In this document: positions 7,703 through 13,828 of the stretch, piece by piece
Position numbering within the stretch: position 1 is the stretch's first letter
Layout: each line of letters starts with the position of its first letter
Source: Candidatus Jordarchaeales archaeon
Lineage (GTDB): Archaea > Asgardarchaeota > Jordiarchaeia > Jordiarchaeales > Freyrarchaeaceae
NCBI GenBank assembly: GCA_038858525.1
Contig: JAWCFL010000025.1
Location: 1 to 13,828, forward strand
Length of the DNA: 13,828 nucleotides
Reading direction: 5' to 3'
Program-made: the position numbers and the translations under genes
Notes under the pieces: generated by a model
What the model saw: the letters and a program-made list of their open reading frames with translations, nothing else
What the model was told of the DNA's origin: nothing
Database searches by the model: none

Positions 7703-8298
7703 TCATCTAAACTCTAACATATACTCCTTTCTCTCATTAAACTTTTTATCAATATCATCTAGAACCCGCCTTAACCTGAACACGTCCTGATAAACATCCT
7801 TCAAATTGCCCTTCTCCATTCTCTCCTTAAGCTCAAGTATCCCTCTGCGAAACGCCTCAACATCCTCAAGTATCCCCATATCAAACTCGTAAAGCCTATC
7901 AAGCTCTTTTTCCCTAACCTTTACGGCATCAAAAAATCCAGAGTAACCATAGTCCGCATGATTTATCCTCTCAGAAACTCTGTCAAGCAACGCCATAAGC
8001 CTGTCCATCTGCTCCCAGCTTTCACGAAGATCATAGTCGACAAGCATCTCCTGGATCAAGCTCAAATCAGACTTACACTCCTTCATCCTCGTATAAATGA
8101 AACCTCTAAGAGCCTTATCCGTCTCCCTTCTAATCTCCTTAGCCTTGTATCCATGTTGGCCAGCCCGGCAAAAGCTCAGAGCTTATAGCCAGGAACAAGG
8201 TACATCAACTTTTCCAACAAGTTCCTCTTGCTCTGAAAGGAAACCTCTCTCTTAATCTTACCCCCAACATCCTCATTTTCCTTCTTCCACAAAGACAA
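7703..8298 (-). CDS. Intron-split conserved helical hypothetical protein: join(8298-8185, 8155-7703), 188 aa after splicing
   Basis: SD GGAGGTGA (8310-8303), then TTG 8298. Exon 1 is MSLWKKENEDVGGKIKREVSFQSKRNLLEKLMYLVPGY (38 codons). Exon 2 continues HGYKAKEIRRETDKALRGFIYTR into the 127-aa track ORF, which contains ADYGYSGFFD. The stop lies 10 nt before the SPFH start. Confidence 0.85.
8156..8184 (-). other. Candidate 29-nt BHB-type mRNA intron
   Basis: Sequence AAGCUCUGAGCUUUUGCCGGGCUGGCCAA. Central helix GGCU/GGCC, bulges AUA and AAC, intron helix AGCUC/GGGCU, and about 10 bp of exon-exon pairing. The cuts predicted by the BHB rule restore the frame. Confidence 0.85.
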
Positions 8299-8340
8299 AG
8301 AGTCACCTCCAAGATTGACACTAAAAATTAATGCAAAACA

Positions 8341-8362
8341 AGGATAAAAAATTTATAGTAAA
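8341..8362. promoter_or_regulatory. AT-rich BRE/TATA element between the divergent tRNA-Val and the intron-split gene
   Basis: Plus strand GATAAAAAA-TTTATAGT about 27 nt before tRNA position 1; the minus strand of the same stretch reads CTATAAATT. Confidence 0.55.
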
Positions 8363-8385
8363 GGCATAAATCTAGAGTCTAACAA

Positions 8386-8477
8386 GGGCGGGTAGTCTAG
8401 CGGTCATGACGCCACACCAAAACTGGGCGACGCTTACGACGTGGAGGACCCAGGTTCAAATCCTGGCCCGCCCACCA
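8386..8477 (+). tRNA. tRNA-Val(UAC) with encoded CCA and a 16-nt non-canonical intron
   Basis: Acceptor GGGCGGG/CCCGCCC-A-CCA; D arm GTCT...TGAC; T arm CCAGG-TTCAAAT-CCTGG. Removing 16 nt gives anticodon arm CCACG-CTTACGA-CGTGG with anticodon TAC. Confidence 0.95.
8416..8431 (+). other. tRNA intron at position 30/31 with a relaxed BHB motif
   Basis: Intron ACCAAAACTGGGCGAC. Central helix CGCC (8410-8413)/GGCG (8426-8429), bulges ACA and ACG. The flanking helices are weak. Confidence 0.85.
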
Positions 8478-8505
8478 ACCACGATCATCTTTTAAAACGC
8501 ACCAA

Positions 8506-8537
8506 TATTTTCATAAGAATTATTTTCATAAGAATTA
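8506..8537. repeat. Perfect 15-bp tandem duplication (TATTTTCATAAGAAT)x2 plus TA
   Basis: Read directly at 8506-8520 and 8521-8535. Confidence 0.9.
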
Positions 8538-8933
8538 GCGAAAGAACTCCTGCTTTAGTAGGATGAGCCATCATCAAACATATTTTTCCTGAGGTTTCGC
8601 CCTTTTCAGGCCATATGCGTTTACAGCCGAAAACCCAGCAAATACTAAAAAGCAAAGAAAGCCACATACTTAAACAAGCAGGCTACAGCCACATAGTATT
8701 AACAAACTCACAAAAAAGGCATCCAAATACAACTAAAAAATTAAACAGACAAACCAACAACAATCTACCCATACGAAAATGCCACCCATCCCTATCTTTA
8801 TCAAATTTTAATTAAGTAAAGACATCAGAACATTCACTATAATGAATCACCTTCAGGAATAGGTATCATAACTGAGGAACTAAAAATTAAAAGTAAAACC
8901 GCTTAGCATTAGGAAATCAAAAATTTGTTCTAA

Positions 8934-9668
8934 TCACGCTTCACTGAATAATTTCTTTAACCTCTCTAACTCAGCGAGCATAGCACTTCTTAACTCAGTG
9001 ATCGATGACGTTTCAGAGGAAAATGCAACTCCAGGAGCAGATGCGGAAACTGCCGCCGCTGGCGGTGCTGCTGGCAGTGCCCTTGCCGCTGGAGGTGCTG
9101 CTGGAGGTGCTGCTGGAGGTGCTGCTGGAGGCGCTGCTGGGGGTGCCCTTGCCGCTGGAGGTGCTGCTGGAGGTGCTGCTGGAGGTGCTGCTGGAGGCGC
9201 TGCTGGAGGCGCTGCTGGAGGCGCTGCTGGGGGTGCCCTTGCCGCTGGAGGCGCTGCTGGAGGCGCCGCTGGAGGCGCCGCTGGGGGTGCCCTTGCCGCT
9301 GGAGGCGCCGCTGGGGGTGCCCTTGCCGCTGGAGGCGCCGCTGGAGGCGCTGTTGGAGGCGCCCTTGCCTCTATTGATAATGGCGTTTCAGTTCGGGATG
9401 CGCCTATGAATACATCGAATACCTCTTCTGGCTCTTTTTGGGCGAGTGCTTCTATTTCTGGTGCTGATATTACTATTTCTTCTTCCTCTATTAGTGGTAC
9501 TTCAGCGCTTTTAGCTAGTTTTTCTACTTCTTTTTGTATCTTCTTAATTGAAGTGATGTATGAGTCGTGTATTTTCTGGAAATTGGCGAAGTACTTCTCC
9601 GATGTGCTTACAAGTGATTTGCACAGGTTTAGTACGGCTTTAAGGACTTTTTCTTCTTTTTTAGGCAA
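8934..9668 (-). CDS. Hypothetical protein: helical N-terminus, acidic linker, long (APPA)n Pro/Ala tract, C-terminal amphipathic helix ending LKKLF
   Basis: TTG start with SD GAGGGG. Non-repetitive ends read as real protein, with C-terminus ITELRSAMLAELERLKKLFSEA. Confidence 0.8.
   Translation of the reverse strand: MPKKEEKVLKAVLNLCKSLVSTSEKYFANFQKIHDSYITSIKKIQKEVEKLAKSAEVPLIEEEEIVISAPEIEALAQKEPEEVFDVFIGASRTETPLSIEARAPPTAPPAAPPAARAPPAAPPAARAPPAAPPAAPPAAPPAARAPPAAPPAAPPAAPPAAPPAAPPAAPPAARAPPAAPPAAPPAAPPAAPPAARALPAAPPAAAVSASAPGVAFSSETSSITELRSAMLAELERLKKLFSEA
9052..9369 (-). repeat. Intragenic GC-rich tandem repeat: 12-nt units (PPAA) interspersed with 18-nt units (PPAARA)
   Basis: About 22 PP doublets; exact 60-nt duplication 9081-9140 = 9147-9206. 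Confidence 0.95.
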
Positions 9669-9917
9669 AGTCGTCCCCTCAACCTACTCCTTATTTTTTA
9701 ACTTTTACTTAAAGGTTGCTTTTCAACGTGTTATTCAGATATTTTTAATGTTGTTTTTTATATATGAACTTTATCGCAAATTTTTTTGTTCACTTAACTG
9801 CAAGGTGCCTTTTGCTCCCTTTTATGTATGTTTTACATGTCCTCCCTTACTTATTTCGTTCTTGTTAGTATCTGCGATAGATGGTTCATTAGCAGTTACC
9901 GTGTTTTTTGTGGAGCG

Positions 9918-10886
9918 TTAAGTGCTGAGCATTATTACTAGTATAGCCATGTACGAGGCGTGGGCGGCTATTGTTGTTATTATCCTGTATTCTCTTGCTT
10001 GGAGTAATGCTCCTAATATTAGGGATAATATAATGTACGTAGGGAGAGCTAGCAGTACGCTTATTAATCCTACCTCTGGCAAACCTATGGTAGATGCGTT
10101 CTGCGGGTATAGGATCACGTGGAGTATAGAGAATATTATTGCTGTCGCTACTAATCCCTTCCACCGTCCCCAGCTTTTTTCTAGTCCCTGCTGTAGGAAT
10201 CCTCTCGTGGCTATTTCTTCGCATGGTGCTACTAGTAGCGTAACTGAAGCTATGAGGAGAAAGAGCTGAGCAGGGTTGGTTGCTCCGAAGGGAGCGTTTA
10301 TCTCTGATATGAATTCCTCAGCGAGAAGGATGAGTAGTGGGCCCAGAAGCGGGCCGTAGAATGCTTGAAGCACGGCTAGCAGAGCTAGGGTAGTAACGAT
10401 ACTTGTTATGTTAGCTGTCACCATCATACCTATTCCCGCTAGGCATCCGATTATCACATCCATTACTGTGTTTCTCTTATTCGTAGATGGGAATCCTAGT
10501 TCTCTAAGAGAGGCCTTCTTCAGTTTGAGGATGAGCACTGGAATTATCAAGAGTGCTAGCTCCCCTAGTGTTACGAATGATAATATTTCGGGCGTCACTA
10601 TTACCAACACTAATTCGAATTTGTATGTCATAGTGAATATGTCAAAGGTGGATTGTAGCCTCAAAAGGGAGAGAGGGCTTATAGCTAGCATTAACGCAAG
10701 TCCTAAGAGGTACATTACACTCTGAAAAAGGAAAAGAAGGATTATTGATGCCGTGAAGCCTACAGTTGCCTCAATCCACCCCCAAGAAACCCTAGCGCCA
10801 TCCATTCTGCTACCACAATACGCGCACCTTTTTCCTTTGTCTTCGGGCTGTTCAGCCCCACACGTCGGGCAAAATCGTCTCTCCAT
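9918..10886 (-). CDS. CPBP (Abi/CAAX protease) family intramembrane protease with an N-terminal zinc ribbon
   Basis: CPTC...CAYC at the N-terminus, multiple TM segments, and CPBP motifs CEEIATRG, IFSILH and AAHASYM. Confidence 0.85.
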   Translation of the reverse strand: MERRFCPTCGAEQPEDKGKRCAYCGSRMDGARVSWGWIEATVGFTASIILLFLFQSVMYLLGLALMLAISPLSLLRLQSTFDIFTMTYKFELVLVIVTPEILSFVTLGELALLIIPVLILKLKKASLRELGFPSTNKRNTVMDVIIGCLAGIGMMVTANITSIVTTLALLAVLQAFYGPLLGPLLILLAEEFISEINAPFGATNPAQLFLLIASVTLLVAPCEEIATRGFLQQGLEKSWGRWKGLVATAIIFSILHVILYPQNASTIGLPEVGLISVLLALPTYIILSLILGALLQAREYRIITTIAAHASYMAILVIMLST

Positions 10887-10907
10887 TTTTCCTTGCTTCC
10901 CCCTTCA

Positions 10908-12668
10908 TCAATTCTTTACAACTTTGACTATTTTTTGCGCTATTACATCCACAAGCCCCTTCTCGGTTATTTTCAGGAAAGGTATTACTGGTAGACTTAT
11001 AAATGACAGCGTCATGAATGGATCGTGCAAAGTGCACCCAAGCCCTCTGACAGCTTCAAGTATCCCCCGCCTTTTCTCGATTACAACGTTCGCGTCCTCT
11101 GCACTCATCAACCCAGCTACCTCCAGTGGAAGTGACGCTAATACTTTTCCTTTATCAGCTACAACCATGCCTCCCTGCATTCTCACAATCTCTCTGGCGG
11201 CTAAAGCCATATCAATACGGCTAGCTCCCACCACAACCAAGTTATGTGAGTCATGAGCTACCGTTGAAGCAAGGCTACCCGAGGATATGCCGAAACCTCT
11301 AACAAAGCCTAACCCCACCTCCCCAGTCCCCTTATGCCTCTCTAGGACAGCAACTTGGAGTACATCGTCAGCTGGGTTAGGCTCAACCACTCCACCTATA
11401 ACCTTCAGCTCAGCTTCCTCCTCACGAGTAACGATGCTTCTCTCCTTAACCCCTATCACTCTCACGACAGCGCTGCTCCTATCATGCCTGACAGCGAAAA
11501 GCTCCGGCTCTATTTTTTGGGTCACGCGCACCCTCCCCCTCACCTTATCCGAGTAGCTGAACCGATTAAGCTCAACGATCAATTTCCTCCCATCAGCCAC
11601 CATCACTCCTCTCGCGAACACTTTTTCAACCGTAACTTTTTCAAGGTCTCTGATGACAGCTATATCCGCTCTTCTGCCCGGCGCCAACCCGCCGAGAACC
11701 ATATCAACTCCCAGATAAGTCGCGGGATTCAGCGTCGCCATCTGGTAAGCCTTAACGGGATCAACTCCCTCCTCAATGCTCATCCTGATGAGCAAGTCTA
11801 CATGTCTCTCCACGAGTTCCTCGGGGCTTATGTCGTCGCAGGCCAAAAGACAATTCCTCGTGTCAAGCCCAAGCCTCACAATTGGTCTAAGTAGCTCTGA
11901 AAGGTTCTTTGAGGCAGTTCCCTCCCTCAACATAAGAAACATCCCTCTCCTAAGCTTCTCAACCCCCTCCTCACCCGACACGCTTTCATGATCAGACCTC
12001 ACACCCGCAGCAATGTAGGCGCAGAGCTCTCTGCCGGAAAGCCCGGGACAGTGCCCATCGATAACCCTCATTTCCCTACTAGCTTTAAGCTTAGCAACAA
12101 CGCTTGGATCGAGACCGAGCACTCCTGGGAAGTTCATCATCTCAGCCAGTCCCACAATTCCCTCCTCACCCTTTAGCCTCTCAATATCTTCCACGTCTAT
12201 TCTTCCTCCAGCCTCTCCGAGCTTAGGATCAGACGCTGGAACACAACTTGGAATAACCACAAAGAAGTTCACGGGTAGTCCCCTAACTTCCCGGAGAAAC
12301 TCGATCAAACCATCAACACCAGTGACGTTCGCTATTTCGTGAGGATCCCAAACCACGCTGGTAGTGCCGTGCGGAAGGCACAGCCGAGCGAACTCCGTCG
12401 GGGTAATCTGGCTACTTTCAACATGAATGTGCGCATCGAAAAACCCTGGGGAAAGATACATTCCACTTACGTCTAAGACCTTGGTATTCGCCCCCACATG
12501 TCCCTTCACGTCACCAACGCAAACTATGGTATCGTCCTTAACAGCGACATCAGCCTTCTCTATTTCCCCAGTAAAAACATTGATGATTTCCCCACCCGAG
12601 AAAACAACGTCCGCCTTTAATTCTCCCAAAGCCGCCCTAATAACATCCTCTAACCGCACATTTACCAC
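10908..12668 (-). CDS. ade: Adenine deaminase (AdeC type, amidohydrolase superfamily)
   Basis: PGFFDAHIHVESS, DPHEIANV, EMMNFPGV, DGHCPG, SDHE, REGT, CDD, AHDSHN and PFMTLSFISLPVIP motifs. Start is GTG 12668 or GTG 12659. Confidence 0.92.
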   Translation of the reverse strand: MVNVRLEDVIRAALGELKADVVFSGGEIINVFTGEIEKADVAVKDDTIVCVGDVKGHVGANTKVLDVSGMYLSPGFFDAHIHVESSQITPTEFARLCLPHGTTSVVWDPHEIANVTGVDGLIEFLREVRGLPVNFFVVIPSCVPASDPKLGEAGGRIDVEDIERLKGEEGIVGLAEMMNFPGVLGLDPSVVAKLKASREMRVIDGHCPGLSGRELCAYIAAGVRSDHESVSGEEGVEKLRRGMFLMLREGTASKNLSELLRPIVRLGLDTRNCLLACDDISPEELVERHVDLLIRMSIEEGVDPVKAYQMATLNPATYLGVDMVLGGLAPGRRADIAVIRDLEKVTVEKVFARGVMVADGRKLIVELNRFSYSDKVRGRVRVTQKIEPELFAVRHDRSSAVVRVIGVKERSIVTREEEAELKVIGGVVEPNPADDVLQVAVLERHKGTGEVGLGFVRGFGISSGSLASTVAHDSHNLVVVGASRIDMALAAREIVRMQGGMVVADKGKVLASLPLEVAGLMSAEDANVVIEKRRGILEAVRGLGCTLHDPFMTLSFISLPVIPFLKITEKGLVDVIAQKIVKVVKN

Positions 12669-13615
12669 CCCGAAGAGTATGGTCCAGCAAGAAACGCGAG
12701 AATGCCGAAGAAAGCCCCGATCTTATCTAGGAGGCTAGCCTTGCTCTGAGCCTTGCGGGACGAGTACCTTGCGAGAATTAGAATGGCTGAAGCTCCTACA
12801 ACCACGACTCCCGGAAAATAGAATGGGTAGAACCAGAAGCCGAGGGTTCTAACCCACCATACCCCCAATCCATCTATGACTGGGCAAAGCGTGAAGCACA
12901 CGATCCCGGCCAAGTTAAACGCCGCGCCAGCATATGAGGCAGTCCTCAACCCGTAAACCCTAGCTATTGTCCTTGCATCCCTGAGCGTGTCGCCCTCAAC
13001 ATCCTCCATTACTTTTATTATTTCCCTTCCCTGCAGAACGCAGAACGCTGTAAGGAAGAAGAGGACAACCATAAGTGGGAGAGAGAACAATCCGAAGTCG
13101 CTTGACACGACGAGTGAGCCATAAATGTACCCGAAAGCAAAACTGAAGGAGACTACGAAGTTCCCGAGCAAGCCTAAAACTTTAACTTTCGCCGCATAAA
13201 GTAGACCGACGGTTGAAAAGATAACAGCTAAAATCCCGGACGGAATGCTTATCAGAAAAGCAAGCGCACAACCTGTACTCCACAGAACCCCTGCCAGCAC
13301 CTTAGCTTCTTTGACGCTCATGGCTCCTCGGGGAAGAGGCCTGTTAGGCTTATTAACCCTATCAACTTCCACGTCGTATATGTCGTTCACGACGTTCCCG
13401 GCGGCTGCTATAAGAACGTAAACGAAGTAAGCGAGAACTCCAATTTCCCAGAATCTGCTGGGAAAAACCCAGAATCTAGGCCAAAGCCAGTTCAAGAAGA
13501 GAAGCCCATAAAAAACCTTCGCAACTTGAAGAGAAGAAAGAACAGTTAATCCGCCCATAAGACAGTTATGTGGACGCGTAATTTCTAAGTAAGCCCTCAG
13601 ATCCATAACTACCAC
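12662..13615 (-). CDS. UbiA prenyltransferase, probable digeranylgeranylglyceryl phosphate (DGGGP) synthase
   Basis: YLEITRPHN; GNVVNDIYDVEVDRVNKPNRPLPRG; GREIIKVMEDVEGD; multiple TM helices. Start is GTG 13615 or ATG 13606. Confidence 0.8.
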   Translation of the reverse strand: MVVMDLRAYLEITRPHNCLMGGLTVLSSLQVAKVFYGLLFLNWLWPRFWVFPSRFWEIGVLAYFVYVLIAAAGNVVNDIYDVEVDRVNKPNRPLPRGAMSVKEAKVLAGVLWSTGCALAFLISIPSGILAVIFSTVGLLYAAKVKVLGLLGNFVVSFSFAFGYIYGSLVVSSDFGLFSLPLMVVLFFLTAFCVLQGREIIKVMEDVEGDTLRDARTIARVYGLRTASYAGAAFNLAGIVCFTLCPVIDGLGVWWVRTLGFWFYPFYFPGVVVVGASAILILARYSSRKAQSKASLLDKIGAFFGILAFLAGPYSSGW

Positions 13616-13642
13616 CAGACAATTGTAATCCTACAAGTAAAT

Positions 13643-13660
13643 CTTAAAAAAAGTTTTTAC
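13643..13660 (-). promoter_or_regulatory. Putative BRE/TATA of the UbiA-ade transcription unit
   Basis: Minus strand GTAAAAACTT-TTTTTAAG about 30-45 nt upstream of the start. Confidence 0.4.
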
Positions 13661-13828
13661 GTAGAAGAACATATAGAACTTTTTCCTTTTTCACGACATA
13701 AACGCTCTTTTTCATGCCGCTTAATTCCTTCATTTATTTTTTCTTCGAATTTCTGGATACTTTCACTTTTTGCATGCTTACTTCCATACTTATTTCATAT
13801 ATATCAATATTTCTGCTATATATACTAT

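Noticed and set aside
8156-8184. Intron as a C/D box guide RNA
   Set aside because: It contains CUGA (box D-like) but no box C (RUGAUGA), and it is too short.
7703-8298. Frameshifted pseudogene, or a stand-alone 127-aa gene starting at 8086
   Set aside because: Both parts are otherwise intact with a strong SD and start. The interruption is a clean 29-nt block whose ends coincide with both predicted BHB cut sites, which random decay would be unlikely to produce. It is not formally excluded without RNA data.
8485-8815. Short ORFs 8485-8667 (-) and 8615-8815 (+)
   Set aside because: Low-complexity products of the compositional skew, with no SD or recognisable motif.
9052-9369. CRISPR array
   Set aside because: Contiguous coding repeats with no unique spacers.
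8998-9921. 307-aa Gly/Ala-rich plus-strand ORF and the 134-aa LEVLL ORF (9005-9409)
   Set aside because: Antisense shadows of the stop-free repeat in the minus-strand Pro-rich gene.
13445-13480. Possible in-frame intron in the UbiA gene (CTGGG-TTTTT-CCCAG hairpin with direct repeats)
   Set aside because: No 4-bp central helix can be formed in BHB geometry; better explained as a small duplication.
8460-13828. Integrated mobile element at the tRNA-Val 3' end
   Set aside because: No integrase or transposase, no repeat of the tRNA 3' end in the window, and the downstream genes look like housekeeping genes.

Overview
Archaeal genomic window with SD-led genes and TTG/GTG starts. The lineage is probably Asgard, inferred from a longin-like ORF and a Pro-rich protein with a WH2-like tail. 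Contents, left to right: 5' end of tbp; an aspartate-family operon on the minus strand (lysC, ACT protein, hom, thrC); a longin-like ORF; two hypothetical/membrane genes; an SPFH-double zinc ribbon gene; tRNA-Val(UAC) with a non-canonical intron; a Pro/Ala-repeat protein; a Zn-ribbon-CPBP protease; adenine deaminase; and a DGGGP synthase-like UbiA prenyltransferase. Main finding: the gene upstream of SPFH, which the ORF track shows only as a truncated 127-aa ORF, is split by a 29-nt insert (8156-8184). The insert folds into a complete bulge-helix-bulge (BHB) splice motif whose predicted cuts restore exactly the reading frame and the motif PGY|HGY. This is a candidate tRNA-endonuclease-spliced mRNA intron in a non-cbf5 gene, located about 200 bp from an intron-containing tRNA. 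All structures were folded by eye, and no database searches were run.
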